The position numbers and the translations under genes are program-made. Shown here in pieces: positions 49,342-59,762 of a stretch of 63,319 bases of DNA (position 1 is the stretch's first letter; each line of letters starts with the position of its first letter). The notes under the pieces were generated by a model that had not been told where the DNA came from, did no database searches, and saw only the letters and a list, made by a program, of their open reading frames with translations. This DNA is from Microbacteriaceae bacterium (GTDB lineage: Bacteria > Actinomycetota > Actinomycetes > Actinomycetales > Microbacteriaceae), in assembly GCA_947455435.1 (NCBI GenBank), contig CANGNZ010000001.1, forward strand, positions 1 to 63,319, written 5' to 3'.

Positions 49342-49925
49342 TAGCCAACTCGTTCGAGGCGAGCGGAGGCATGTGACTTCAGCTCACCACCAGGCAATGC
49401 AATGTCCCAAGCCCACAGCAGTGCGCCTTCGACCAGGCCGTAGATTCTGGTGCTGTGGCGATAAGCCTTTGCGCCTTCAAAAGCCACGCCGTGTGCGCTG
49501 GCCAGGTGAATTTGAGCCTGCTTGACGTAACCCTTGTAAAGCTCTGCCACGCCGCCGGGGTGGAGTGTCGAAACCTCAAGGTCGAAGCCCTTGGTGTCGT
49601 TTCTATAGCGCTCGAGGTCTTCGTGTGACTTGATCGTGCTTTCACCAATTCCTGGCACCAGCGCTGGCCCATGGTCAAACCCTTCGCGTGGCCGCGCGAT
49701 GCGCCAATAACCAAGTTCGCTAGGCAAAACGGTTTTGGTTTCGTCGTCGAGACTCACCGAAGAAACGTAGGTGAGTGCACCCTGCCCATCGTGCGAGAAC
49801 TCGATGCGTTGGTGAAACTCGTACTCTTTGTCGTTCGCAACGATTACGCCTGAACCCTCCCAATTGCCAATAAGAAACGACAACGGGGTGAGCTCAATAG
49901 GCAAACCTTCGGGGAGTACGAACAA
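49341..49925 (-). CDS. FABP-like/nitrobindin (DUF1794) protein
   Basis: LIGNWEGSG, SELGYWR, RIYGLVEG, C-terminal SHASARL (heme-ligand His position). Confidence 0.85.
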   Translation of the reverse strand: MFVLPEGLPIELTPLSFLIGNWEGSGVIVANDKEYEFHQRIEFSHDGQGALTYVSSVSLDDETKTVLPSELGYWRIARPREGFDHGPALVPGIGESTIKSHEDLERYRNDTKGFDLEVSTLHPGGVAELYKGYVKQAQIHLASAHGVAFEGAKAYRHSTRIYGLVEGALLWAWDIALPGGELKSHASARLERVG

Positions 49926-50036
49926 CTACTTCTGACCCTTGAAGAGCTTGTAGAGAACCAGAACCGATACCGCTGCGATTGCAAGGGACGCAAGAACGAG
50001 CAAACCGGTGAAGAAAATATCTGCCGAAAAGACCAT
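49926..50036 (-). CDS. Small single-TM protein (36 aa, not in ORF track)
   Basis: MVFSADIFFTGLLVLASLAIAAVSVLVLYKLFKGQK; TAAAAT -10 lies 6 nt before the ATG; stop abuts the FABP start. Confidence 0.7.
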   Translation of the reverse strand: MVFSADIFFTGLLVLASLAIAAVSVLVLYKLFKGQK

Positions 50037-50045
50037 GACTACATT

Positions 50046-50306
50046 TTACCTTTGGATAAACAGCACGTAGGTGCTGGCGATTGCCAACATCAGATATGAA
50101 CCGCCGGCCACGTAGACCAGCTTCTTCACGAAGCCCACGTGCCCGGTCAAAAACAGGTGAATCATTGAGACCAGGGCGCAGGAGCCAGCCAAAATCGCTC
50201 CAAAACTTGCCAGGGCAGTCTCGCCCCTCGCAGTTATTGTGACGACAAGCGTGGCAACCGCCACCAGCACCCAAATGCTGATGATCTCAATCCATCCACT
50301 CTTCAC
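50046..50306 (-). CDS. Small three-TM membrane protein
   Basis: Hydrophobic 86 aa with GFVKKL motif, fills the gap between neighbours. Confidence 0.65.
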   Translation of the reverse strand: MKSGWIEIISIWVLVAVATLVVTITARGETALASFGAILAGSCALVSMIHLFLTGHVGFVKKLVYVAGGSYLMLAIASTYVLFIQR

Positions 50307-50365
50307 AGTTACATTGTGCCAAACGTCTGCCTTTAGACTTGATAAATAGGTCTTTTAGGAGAGAA

Positions 50366-51040
50366 ATGGCCCACCTCCTCGTTTTGTCGGCAAACGCCGG
50401 TAGCGAGGTTCTGCCTGCCCTAAGTCTGCTGCCTCACAAGATTCGCGAGATCGAAGCGTCCCCCGCAAACATCGTGAATGCTCCTTCGCACGATCTCGTT
50501 TTCTTGGACGCCCGACGAGACCTGGCCGGCGCAAAATCGCTGGCCCGCATAATGCGAACCACGGGCCTTTCTGTTCCGCTAATCGTCGTGATCACCGAGG
50601 GTGGTCTCGCCGCAATGTCGAGCGAATGGGGCGCCGACGACATTGTGCTCGACACGGCTGGGCCCGGTGAGATCGATGCCCGAATTCGACTGGCCCTGAG
50701 CCGCGATAAGGCGGAGTCAAACGATGAGCTAATCGCCTCTGCGGGCGTTGTAATCGATGAGGCTAGCTACTCGGCGCGCGTCGATGGCCGCCCGATGGAC
50801 CTCACTCTCATTGAGTTCGAACTTCTCAAATACCTGATGCAGCACCCTGGTCGAGTTTTTTCTCGTGCACAACTGTTAAGCGAAGTTTGGGGCTACGGTT
50901 ACGCTGGAGAAACTCGAACGGTGGATGTTCATATCAGGCGCTTACGAGCAAAACTTGGCGACCGTGGAGGCCTGATTGGCACAGAGTATGGCCGCGGTTA
51001 CCGTTTCAACTTGCTGAAAGACGAAGAGAGTTATGTCTGA
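50366..51040 (+). CDS. glnR: GlnR-like atypical OmpR-family regulator
   Basis: [58 protein letters not shown]; synteny with ygfZ and FABP as in mycobacteria. Confidence 0.75.
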   Translation: MAHLLVLSANAGSEVLPALSLLPHKIREIEASPANIVNAPSHDLVFLDARRDLAGAKSLARIMRTTGLSVPLIVVITEGGLAAMSSEWGADDIVLDTAGPGEIDARIRLALSRDKAESNDELIASAGVVIDEASYSARVDGRPMDLTLIEFELLKYLMQHPGRVFSRAQLLSEVWGYGYAGETRTVDVHIRRLRAKLGDRGGLIGTEYGRGYRFNLLKDEESYV

Positions 51041-53135
51041 CGAAACAATGGTGATCACTTTGCCTGAGCCGAGTGGTTTACCTAACGACCGCTTTCTCGA
51101 TCGCGAACTTTCTTGGCTCGCGTTCAACCAGCGCGTCCTCGAATTAGCCGAAGACCCAGACCTCTACCTGCTCGAGCGGGTTAACTTCTTGAGCATCTTC
51201 TCTTCGAACCTTGATGAATTCTTCATGGTGAGGGTTGCCGGGCTCAAACGCCGCATCGCCACCGGCCTAGCAACGGTTGCCGCATCAGGCAGGAGCCCTG
51301 AGGACGTTCTCGATTCAATTCGTGAAACAGCTCACGCCCTGCAGATGCGCCAAGCCACTTTGTTTCGTGACGAAATTGAACCGGGGTTACACAAGCACGG
51401 AATCCAAGTTGTGCGCTGGGTCGACCTAAACGCAACCGAGCAGCAAAGCCTCAACGACTACTTTTACAACCAGATCTACCCGGTACTCACGCCACTAGGC
51501 GTAGATCCAGCCCACCCTTTCCCATACATCTCGGGGCTTTCGCTCAACATCGCCGTGGTGTTCCGCAAACTCGAAGACGGCACCGAGCAGTTTGCGCGAG
51601 TGAAGGTGCCACCGCTGCTGCCTCGCTTTGTTCGAATCCCAGGTGAATCGGGCACGGGTAACTACCGGTTCCTACCAATCGAAGAACTTATTGGCCAAAA
51701 TCTTGGCGAGCTGTTCCCAGGCACCGAAATGCTCCACCACCACCTTTTCAGGGTTACCCGAAACGAAGACCTTGAGGTCGACGAGGACGAGGGCGAGAAC
51801 CTGCTTATCGCACTGGAGCGTGAGCTACTTCGCCGCCGCTTTGGCCCGCCGGTTCGACTCGAAGTTGCCGAAGACATGAACCCAGAGGTTCTCGACCTAT
51901 TGGTACGCGAACTAGACATCAGTGAAGATGACGTCTACCACCTGCCGTCACTCCTCGATCTAACCGGTCTGAGTCAAATCGCGGCAATCAAAAAGGCAGA
52001 CCTCAAGTATCCGCCGCACCCTGTGGTGACTAACCGCTACCTGCTACCTGGCGAAGACGAGAAGACCAGCATCTTCAAGGCGATTCGCGAACGCGACATC
52101 TTGCTGCACCACCCTTATGAATCTTTCGCAACCAGCGTCCAGGCATTTTTGGAACAGGCAGCAGCCGACCCCAAGGTTCTGGCAATCAAACAAACCCTTT
52201 ACCGCACCTCGGGTGACTCACCTATCGTTGACGCGCTCATCGACGCAGCCGAGGCTGGCAAGCAGGTTCTAGCCCTCGTTGAGATCAAGGCTCGTTTCGA
52301 TGAGCAAAACAACATCACCTGGGCTCGCAAGCTGGAGCAGGCTGGCGTTCACGTGGTATACGGAATCGTCGGCCTAAAGACGCACTGCAAGCTCTCGCTC
52401 GTCATTCGCCAAGAAGGCAACCAGCTGCGCCGCTACTGTCACATCGGCACCGGAAACTACAACCCGAAGACGGCTAGATATTACGAGGACTATGGCCTAC
52501 TCACCGCTCGCGAAAGCGTTGGCGAAGACCTCACCCGCCTCTTCAACCAGCTATCCGGCTACGCCCCAGACGCAACCTTCAAGTCACTCTTGGTTTCTCC
52601 AGGAAGTGTGCGCCCAGGGCTCGTTGAGCGCATCGAGCGTGAAATCGAAAATAAGCAAGCCGGAAAACCGGCGAAGATCCAAATCAAGATGAACTCGCTA
52701 GTCGATGAACAAATCATTGACTCGCTGTATCACGCAGGGCGCGCTGGAGTGCCCGTGGAGATTCTCGTTCGCGGCATGTGCGCTTTGAAACCTGGAGTAC
52801 CAGGCCTCAGTGAGAGCATCAGCGTTCGAAGTGTCTTGGGTCGCTACCTAGAGCATTCTCGAGTTTTTGCCTTCGCCAACGACGGTAATCCAGAAGTTTT
52901 CATTGGCTCAGCAGACATGATGCACCGCAACCTCGACCGTCGAGTAGAAGCTCTGGTTCGCATCACCCAACCAGACCAAATAAAAGACCTCGAGGGTATG
53001 TTTGATTTGGCGATGAGCGATGATTCCTCATCGTGGCATCTTGAGTCTTCAGGCGATTGGGTGCGCCACAAAACCGGCATAGACGTACAGGACGAATTTA
53101 TGCGTGAGCTTGCCAGTAGAAAGGTCGCTCGCTAA
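51033..53135 (+). CDS. ppk1: Polyphosphate kinase 1
   Basis: [48 protein letters not shown]. Confidence 0.97.
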   Translation: MSDETMVITLPEPSGLPNDRFLDRELSWLAFNQRVLELAEDPDLYLLERVNFLSIFSSNLDEFFMVRVAGLKRRIATGLATVAASGRSPEDVLDSIRETAHALQMRQATLFRDEIEPGLHKHGIQVVRWVDLNATEQQSLNDYFYNQIYPVLTPLGVDPAHPFPYISGLSLNIAVVFRKLEDGTEQFARVKVPPLLPRFVRIPGESGTGNYRFLPIEELIGQNLGELFPGTEMLHHHLFRVTRNEDLEVDEDEGENLLIALERELLRRRFGPPVRLEVAEDMNPEVLDLLVRELDISEDDVYHLPSLLDLTGLSQIAAIKKADLKYPPHPVVTNRYLLPGEDEKTSIFKAIRERDILLHHPYESFATSVQAFLEQAAADPKVLAIKQTLYRTSGDSPIVDALIDAAEAGKQVLALVEIKARFDEQNNITWARKLEQAGVHVVYGIVGLKTHCKLSLVIRQEGNQLRRYCHIGTGNYNPKTARYYEDYGLLTARESVGEDLTRLFNQLSGYAPDATFKSLLVSPGSVRPGLVERIEREIENKQAGKPAKIQIKMNSLVDEQIIDSLYHAGRAGVPVEILVRGMCALKPGVPGLSESISVRSVLGRYLEHSRVFAFANDGNPEVFIGSADMMHRNLDRRVEALVRITQPDQIKDLEGMFDLAMSDDSSSWHLESSGDWVRHKTGIDVQDEFMRELASRKVAR

Positions 53136-53137
53136 GC

Positions 53138-54079
53138 ATGACCGTATACGCTGCAGGCGCCATTTGTTGGCGTGAAGATAAAGGTCGCCTTCTCGTTGCC
53201 GTGATTCACAGAGCCCGTTACAACGACTGGAGCTGGCCTAAGGGCAAGGTTGACCCGGGCGAGACACTGCCAGAAACAGCGGTTCGCGAAATTCTTGAAG
53301 AAACCGGTCTAACCATTCGTCTAGGCATGAGCCTAGGAGTTCAGAAATATCCGCTTTCAAATGGTCGAGAAAAGGAAGTCCATTACTGGGCTGCAAAAGT
53401 GACTTCACGCGCATTGAAGGCTTCAAGGTTTAAACCTTCCGAGGAGGTGGCCAAAGTTGACTGGCTCTCACCAGACGAAGCCTCCGTCCTGCTGACATAC
53501 GAACACGACAAAGAGTTTTTAGAGAAGCTCGTTATGCTCCACGCGAAGGAGCAACTCGACACAAAGCCGTTCATTGTTTTGCGTCATGGCAAAGCAACAC
53601 CCCGAGCTGACTGGTCAAAGGGCGAGGACTCCCGGCCGCTCCTTGCGCCTGGCAAGATGCAGGCTAAACAACTGAAACAACTCCTCGCGTGCTGGGGGCC
53701 GAAACGCGTTGTCTCAAGCCCTTGGGAGCGTTGCAAGGCCACAGTTGCTCCATACGCCATGGTTCGAAGCATCCCAGTTGAATACAAGGACTCGCTAACC
53801 GAGTCGGGCAATAAAAGCGCACCTGCGACAACGCTAAAGGTGATTCACAAACTAATTCAGGATGGCAGATCCACATTAGTTTGCACACATCGCCCAGCGC
53901 TACCGACTGTCCTCGAAGAATTAGCCAAATACAACCCCCTAGAAAAACTTGAACTTCTCGAAAACGCGCGCGGCATCAAACCGGGGCACTTTGTTGTAGC
54001 GCACCTAACTCGCCAAGAACCCGGCAAGAATCGACAAATCGTCTCAGTTGAGACCTATGGCCCATTGGAGGCAAAATGA
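53138..54079 (+). CDS. NUDIX hydrolase fused to a histidine phosphatase domain (MutT1-like)
   Basis: PKGKVDPGETLPETAVREILEETG Nudix box, LRHGKA, SSPWERC, CTHRP. Confidence 0.9.
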   Translation: MTVYAAGAICWREDKGRLLVAVIHRARYNDWSWPKGKVDPGETLPETAVREILEETGLTIRLGMSLGVQKYPLSNGREKEVHYWAAKVTSRALKASRFKPSEEVAKVDWLSPDEASVLLTYEHDKEFLEKLVMLHAKEQLDTKPFIVLRHGKATPRADWSKGEDSRPLLAPGKMQAKQLKQLLACWGPKRVVSSPWERCKATVAPYAMVRSIPVEYKDSLTESGNKSAPATTLKVIHKLIQDGRSTLVCTHRPALPTVLEELAKYNPLEKLELLENARGIKPGHFVVAHLTRQEPGKNRQIVSVETYGPLEAK

Positions 54080-54840
54080 ACGACTTCGCAGAGTGGATTG
54101 AAACCCGCAACAAGCAGTGGCGCAATCCGACCGGCTTCCTGGCCGTGACAGGCATGCACTGGCTTTCTGAGGAACCTCAAACCTTTGGCGATGTAACCGG
54201 CGAGTGGTGGGCGATTGGCCACACTGTTCATGCACGCGGCTATGAAGGCAACCTCGAAGAGCAGACCTGGACCCTTGAGCCACGCGCAGAGACCCAGATT
54301 CCGATGACCGGCGGATCCCTCGAAATTGCGAGCCGCGGCGGCAACATGGTGCTTCGCCCACGCCACAGCGACAGCAAGATGTTTGAGCTCTTCGAAGGCG
54401 TTATCACTTACGATTACAACCCGGCCTTCAAGGTTGTTGCCACCCTCGAAGAGAACTTGCGCGATGTACCGATTAGTTCGGTAATTGGCGACCTCGGTAT
54501 TTCTATGGAGTCTGCCGGCACCCTTGTTTTCAAGATTGGCGAAGACGAGGTGCGTCTGACTGCGTTCACCCGCCCAAACCCCGAGGTCCTTTATGTGATC
54601 TTCCGTGACGGCACCAGCGGCAAAGAAACCTACGGCACCGGCCGCAACGTGACGGCAACTCACCTTGAGGGTGACAAGTGGGAGATTGACTTCAACAAGT
54701 CGGCGAACTTCCCATGCGCATACACCGACTTTGCAACCTGCCCGGTAGCCCCAATCGAAAACCACATCAAGGTTGAGATTGCGGCCGGCGAGAAGACCCC
54801 AAAGATCAAGAGCACAGCAGACGGTGTCGTTACGCACTAG
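54076..54840 (+). CDS. DUF1684 family protein
   Basis: GFLAVTGMHWL, FRDGTSGKETYG, IDFNKSANFPCAYTDFATCP, AGEK. Confidence 0.88.
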   Translation: MNDFAEWIETRNKQWRNPTGFLAVTGMHWLSEEPQTFGDVTGEWWAIGHTVHARGYEGNLEEQTWTLEPRAETQIPMTGGSLEIASRGGNMVLRPRHSDSKMFELFEGVITYDYNPAFKVVATLEENLRDVPISSVIGDLGISMESAGTLVFKIGEDEVRLTAFTRPNPEVLYVIFRDGTSGKETYGTGRNVTATHLEGDKWEIDFNKSANFPCAYTDFATCPVAPIENHIKVEIAAGEKTPKIKSTADGVVTH

Positions 54841-55723
54841 TCGCCTAGCGACTATCGCCCTACTTTCGGTAACCGCAAGCTGGGGTGTTGCCTTCGTCTG
54901 GATGAAAGACGCGATCACGCAAGAACCGTTCAACGACTTCTTGGCCGTCAGGTTCACCATCGCAACTCTTGTCATGCTCGCAATTCGCCCAAAGACGATT
55001 CTCAAGATGAACCGCGGCCTGCTTGTGCGCGGTGGAATCCTTGGCGTGATTCTTGGCATCGCCTACATCGCCCAAACTATTGGTCTCGAGCAATCAACGG
55101 CAGCAATTACCGGTTTCTTTACGGGTCTTTACGTGGTGCTGACTCCTCTGCTTGCCTTCGTGCTTCTAAAACAACGTCTTAGCCTTAAAGTTCTAGTCGG
55201 CGTTGCCTTGGCGACGGCAGGCTTGGCGTTGATTTCGCTAGACGGCCTAAGTTGGTCAAACGGGATCCTGCCGCTAGTAATCTGCGCACTGCTTTATGCC
55301 CTTCACATCGTGGGCCTTGGCGCCTGGAGCAAAAACCTAGACAGCTACGCACTCACCGTGGTGCAGATGGCAGGTGTCGCACTCGTCTCATGGGTTGTTG
55401 CGCTACCCGACGGTTTCACGCCACCGCCAAATGCAAATGTTTGGGCCGCGGTGATCTTTTGCGCACTATTCGCAACCGCTGCCGCGTTCTTTATTCAAAC
55501 TTGGGCGCAGTCAATCATGGACGCATCGCGCGTCGCAATCATTCTGACCTGCGAGGTCGTTTTTGCCGCTGGTTTTGCCTACGCAATCGGGCAGGAACCC
55601 GTTAAGGCGCTGACGGTAATCGGCGGCCTCATCATGATCGGCGCAATGCTCCTAGTCGAGTGGCCAGGCAAAAAGTCGAAACCCGAACTCGTAACACTCG
55701 GTACCGACCCGATGACGCATTAG
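54824..55723 (+). CDS. DMT/EamA family transporter
   Basis: About 10 TM, WGVAFVWMK, QTIGLE, QTWAQ; start uncertain. Confidence 0.85.
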   Translation: MSLRTSRLATIALLSVTASWGVAFVWMKDAITQEPFNDFLAVRFTIATLVMLAIRPKTILKMNRGLLVRGGILGVILGIAYIAQTIGLEQSTAAITGFFTGLYVVLTPLLAFVLLKQRLSLKVLVGVALATAGLALISLDGLSWSNGILPLVICALLYALHIVGLGAWSKNLDSYALTVVQMAGVALVSWVVALPDGFTPPPNANVWAAVIFCALFATAAAFFIQTWAQSIMDASRVAIILTCEVVFAAGFAYAIGQEPVKALTVIGGLIMIGAMLLVEWPGKKSKPELVTLGTDPMTH

Positions 55724-55732
55724 CCTTTTCGC

Positions 55733-57148
55733 ATGGCCATTCTCGCAATCGACGCAGGCACGACCGGGGTCACCTCGGTGATTGTCGCCCACGACGGCAG
55801 CCTCGTTGCGCAGGGCTACCAAGAGTTCGAGCAGCATTACCCTCAGCCGGGTTGGGTTGAGCACTCGCCCGAACAAATATGGGCTGCGACTCTGGCTTCG
55901 GTAAAGCAGACACTGGCGAGAACCGACCAAGCACCAAGCGCCATCGGCATAACCAACCAACGCGAAACCTTGGTGCTTTGGGACAAAACCACCCTGCAGT
56001 CGCCAAGACCCGCGATCGTCTGGCAGGATCGCCGCGGTGTAGAACTCGACCTCGAAGGTGAGCGAGTAAAACAGTTAACCGGGCTTCCGCTCGACCCGTA
56101 TTTCACTTCGTCCAAGTTGGTTTGGGTGCGCCAGAATGAACCTCAGGTCTGGGCCGGCATCGAACAAGGACGCACCGCCGTCGGCACCGTCGATTCATAC
56201 CTAATCGCCCGCATGTCTGGCGGTCGTCACCACATCACAGATGCGTCAAACGCCTCCAGGACCCAGCTCTACAGCCTCGAAACTGGCGACTGGAGTGATG
56301 AGCTGCTGCAAATGTTTGAGGTGCCGAGGGTGGCCCTGCCGAGAATCGTTTCAAGCTACGGTCAACTCGCCGAAACAATGCCAGAAGCGTTCCTCAACCT
56401 CGACCTACCGATCACCGGAATCGCTGGCGACCAACAGGCCGCGCTGTTTGGCCAGTGCGCCTTTGAACCGGGCGACGCCAAGTGCACCTACGGCACCGGC
56501 GCATTTCTACTCAAAAACACTGGTTCAGATATTCAAATCGTTCCGCAACTGCTTTCGACCGTTGCCTGGCAGCACCCAAACGGCAAGCGGCAATACGCGC
56601 TAGAAGGCTCAACCTTTGTCGCCGGCGCAGCGGTCCAATGGCTTCGCGACGGCCTCGGCATAATCGAGCAGACTAAAGACGTCGAAACCTTAGCCGCAGA
56701 GTCATCTGAGGGTGTCATCTTCGTACCGGCACTCACGGGTCTCGGTGCGCCGTTCTGGAGGCCCGAAGCTCGAGGTGAGCTCACCGGCCTAACCAGAGGT
56801 TCTAACAAGCACCACATCGCCCGAGCAACACTCGAAGGCATAGCGATGCAGGTATTCTGCGTTTTCGACCTCATGGGTGATCTCAACCGACTGAGGGTCG
56901 ACGGCGGAGCAAGTTCTAACAACCTGCTGATGCAGATTCAAAGCGACCTGCTGCAGACAAAAGTTGAACGACCAACGCATGTTGAGGCGACCGCAATCGG
57001 CGCGGCTTACCTGGCCGGGCTCGGCAGTGGTTTTTGGCAAAGCCAAGAGGAGCTTCAGAACCTCAACCCGATTAGGGCAACCTTCAACCCTGGTTTCAAA
57101 GACGAGGAACTGATCGCCCGTTGGGTGAAGGCGGCTAAGGCTATTTAG
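55733..57148 (+). CDS. glpK: Glycerol kinase
   Basis: IDAGTTG, GITNQRET, DPYFTSSK, TDASNASRT, GDQQAALFGQ, KCTYGTG, RVDGG. Confidence 0.9.
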   Translation: MAILAIDAGTTGVTSVIVAHDGSLVAQGYQEFEQHYPQPGWVEHSPEQIWAATLASVKQTLARTDQAPSAIGITNQRETLVLWDKTTLQSPRPAIVWQDRRGVELDLEGERVKQLTGLPLDPYFTSSKLVWVRQNEPQVWAGIEQGRTAVGTVDSYLIARMSGGRHHITDASNASRTQLYSLETGDWSDELLQMFEVPRVALPRIVSSYGQLAETMPEAFLNLDLPITGIAGDQQAALFGQCAFEPGDAKCTYGTGAFLLKNTGSDIQIVPQLLSTVAWQHPNGKRQYALEGSTFVAGAAVQWLRDGLGIIEQTKDVETLAAESSEGVIFVPALTGLGAPFWRPEARGELTGLTRGSNKHHIARATLEGIAMQVFCVFDLMGDLNRLRVDGGASSNNLLMQIQSDLLQTKVERPTHVEATAIGAAYLAGLGSGFWQSQEELQNLNPIRATFNPGFKDEELIARWVKAAKAI

Positions 57149-58817
57149 TCAGCACGGTCGAATAGATTTCGAACGATCCAGCCGGCACCACAAACTTTTG
57201 CGATGAAACCAACTTGGTCTTCACGCCCGTCGAGTACTTGTAGAAGGTTCCGGCCGAAACCGAACCGAGCTTGACGACGTCGGTTTGGGCCTTCGCGGTT
57301 AGGTTGATGACAACCACAACCTTGTTGGCGCCTTTGACTCTCGTGTAGGTCAAAACATTGTCATTCGAACCCATGTATTGCTTCACAGTGCCACCGGAGG
57401 CCCCGTTCCAGAGCGCGGAATTCTTGGTTTTCAAGGCTACAAGTTTGCGATAGAAGTCGGTCATCGAAGACTTCGCCCAAACGATTGGGTCGTGCTCAAA
57501 GAACTGGAGTCTGCGCTTCAAGCCAATCTCTTGGCCGTTGTAAATCAGCGGAATGCCAGGCACGGTGAAGTAAAGCGCCGAGAATCGCTTTACGTACGCG
57601 CCAAAGCGTTCGTACTCGGTACCGTTCCATGAGTTCTCATCGTGATTTGTGATGAACGTCATCGGGAACGTGCCCTTCGGGTAGTCGTTCGCGATGTGCT
57701 TGATCGACCCGATGAATTCGAACGCGTCACCACCGCTTCTGGCGAACGCCTCAAGGTCATGCATCAGCGACCAGCCATAGTTTGCAACGAATGCGCTCTG
57801 AAGTTGCGAGTACTCGCTGTCATTCTCAGAGAGCATGAACAACGGCTTAATGGCCTGAAGTTGCGTGTTTGCCTCGTTCCAAAAATCTGTTGGCACACCG
57901 CCCGAGAAGTCGCAGCGGTAGCCATCGATACCGACCGTGTTCACCCAGTACTTCATGGCGTCGATCATCGCGGCGCGCATGTCGGTGTTGTCGTAGTTCA
58001 GATCGGCTACGTCAGTCCAGTCGCTGTTTGGCTGAATAACGCCGTTCACAACGCTCTGATACCAGTCGGTGTGAGTCGTCCAGACATTGTCTAACCCAGT
58101 GTGGTTTGCCACCCAGTCAAAGATCACGTGAAAACCTTGGGCGTGAGCGGTATCGACCAATGACTTCAACGAAGCCAGATCGCCGAACTCCGGGTTAACA
58201 CCCTTGTAATCAGAGACTGCATAAGGCGAACCCAGTGAACCCTTTCGCCCCTCAACCGAGATCGGGTAAATCGGCATCAACCAAATGATCTTCACACCGA
58301 GGGCCTTCAACCGAGGCAGCTGCGCCTTAACAGCAGCAAATTTTGAACCGTCTGCGGCGTTCGAGAACTGCCTGACGTTCACTTCGTAGATTGATGCGCT
58401 CTGCGCCCAGGTTGGCAAGACCGGCTTTGGAACCACAACATCCGGGTTGGTCGTGTAAACCGTGACCACGCCGCCTTTTACCCAGACCTCGGCGTTGCCG
58501 TTGGCGAAGTTTCGAATCGAACGGTCAATCGTGCCGTCCTTCTTTACCCAGTTGCCCACCTTCACGATGAAGCCAACATCGGTAACCGAGTGATCAAACG
58601 TGTAGCTAGCCACCTTCCCGAAAGAGTCAGTCGCAGAGAAGTCAACGTTGAAACCGGTCTGCCCGGCCTCCCAAACCCAGAGATTCCATTCGTCGGTGTT
58701 ACCCGCGGCAGGCTGGTAGTGAATCGTCACAGTCGACTGACCTGCGGCGGTCGAAGGTGAAACAACACCTAAAACAATCGCAAAGGCTGCCACGAGCAGG
58801 AGGGCTATTTTTCGCAT
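57141..58817 (-). CDS. Secreted GH13 alpha-amylase-family glycosidase with N-terminal CBM41-like module
   Basis: Signal peptide; VTIHY..WNLWVW..VGFIVK (pullulanase-associated CBM); DWVANH, GYRCDF, MLSE, FITNHDEN catalytic regions. Confidence 0.88.
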   Translation of the reverse strand: MRKIALLLVAAFAIVLGVVSPSTAAGQSTVTIHYQPAAGNTDEWNLWVWEAGQTGFNVDFSATDSFGKVASYTFDHSVTDVGFIVKVGNWVKKDGTIDRSIRNFANGNAEVWVKGGVVTVYTTNPDVVVPKPVLPTWAQSASIYEVNVRQFSNAADGSKFAAVKAQLPRLKALGVKIIWLMPIYPISVEGRKGSLGSPYAVSDYKGVNPEFGDLASLKSLVDTAHAQGFHVIFDWVANHTGLDNVWTTHTDWYQSVVNGVIQPNSDWTDVADLNYDNTDMRAAMIDAMKYWVNTVGIDGYRCDFSGGVPTDFWNEANTQLQAIKPLFMLSENDSEYSQLQSAFVANYGWSLMHDLEAFARSGGDAFEFIGSIKHIANDYPKGTFPMTFITNHDENSWNGTEYERFGAYVKRFSALYFTVPGIPLIYNGQEIGLKRRLQFFEHDPIVWAKSSMTDFYRKLVALKTKNSALWNGASGGTVKQYMGSNDNVLTYTRVKGANKVVVVINLTAKAQTDVVKLGSVSAGTFYKYSTGVKTKLVSSQKFVVPAGSFEIYSTVLTK

Positions 58818-58850
58818 GCTCCAATTCAACACCTTTTAGACTTACCAACC

Positions 58851-59255
58851 ATGAGTGAACTTAAAGAATTGGCTGCGAAAAACTACAACGAAGCCTACGA
58901 ACTCGTTGTCGAAGGTTCCCCAGCGGATGCCCTATTGGGCCTAGAGCTAGCCGCTTCAAGCCTCAACCTATGGCGCCAGGTAGGAACACCTAAGAATGAG
59001 GCGATAGGGCTCTGGCTCTATTCGCGCGCGCTGTTAAACGCAGGCGCCAAAGACCTCGCAGTCGAAGCCGCAGCTAAGTGTGTAGAAATCGCAGAAATCT
59101 TAGAAATCGACTGGATGCTCGCCTCAGCCTTAGAAGGGTTAGCCAGAGCCACTGGTTCAGCCGAGAGCAAAGCCAGAGCCGCAGCAGCCATTGCCGCCAT
59201 AAGCGCCCCTCGAGACCGAGAACTTATAGAGAGTCAGTTCGCCGACCTGCGCTAG
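58851..59255 (+). CDS. Hypothetical helical (TPR-like) protein
   Basis: All-helical 134 aa with LWRQVG and ALEGLARA; TAGACT -10 upstream. Confidence 0.65.
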   Translation: MSELKELAAKNYNEAYELVVEGSPADALLGLELAASSLNLWRQVGTPKNEAIGLWLYSRALLNAGAKDLAVEAAAKCVEIAEILEIDWMLASALEGLARATGSAESKARAAAAIAAISAPRDRELIESQFADLR

Positions 59256-59280
59256 AATTACCTAGTGCCTTTAGGCGCAT

Positions 59281-59357
59281 GGGCCTCTAGCTCAGTTGGT
59301 TAGAGCAACGGACTTTTAATCCGTGGGTCGTCGGTTCGATCCCGACGGGGCCTACCA
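59281..59357 (+). tRNA. tRNA-Lys(TTT)
   Basis: GGGCCTC...ACGGA-CTTTTAA-TCCGT...GTTCGATC...GGGGCCTACCA; CCA encoded. Confidence 0.95.
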
Positions 59358-59360
59358 AAG

Positions 59361-59394
59361 ATAAAAACCTCCCTCACTCGAGTGGGGTTTTTAT
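59361..59394. terminator. Bidirectional terminator after tRNA-Lys
   Basis: ATAAAAACC...CAC-TCGA-GTG...GGTTTTTAT. Confidence 0.7.
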
Positions 59395-59669
59395 TTTCTC
59401 TTATCGTTTATTTCGTTCTCTGAGAAGCGTCGGTTGACATCGTCAACGAGATTGGTTTCGAAACCATTTCTCGGAGAAATTACATTTCTCAAACCTTTGC
59501 CGTCTTGCTTGGCCACTGACATACTCATGGCTGTCAATGGCATGTTGTCTTGGCTATCCAGCTCTTCGACGGTGATACCAGCAGCCTCTGCCTCAGCTCT
59601 TCTGATCAACTCCAGCTCACGCTCGGAAACGTGAATTGTTCGTGGCTTGCGCCAAAAGAAGATTCGCAT
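59391..59669 (-). CDS. Hypothetical protein
   Basis: 92-aa ORF filling the gap, stop at the terminator; no recognisable motif. Confidence 0.5.
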   Translation of the reverse strand: MRIFFWRKPRTIHVSERELELIRRAEAEAAGITVEELDSQDNMPLTAMSMSVAKQDGKGLRNVISPRNGFETNLVDDVNRRFSENEINDKRK

Positions 59670-59762
59670 GGGCTGATTCCGTTCGTACTTTTTAGCAAAA
59701 CTTTAGCAAAATGAACTGTGAATAGGGAAGAATCAAATTCAACTAATCACTAAGGGGACCGC

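Noticed and set aside
54055-55059. 334-aa minus-strand ORF
   Set aside because: Lies antisense to DUF1684 and EamA, which carry clear family motifs; it has none
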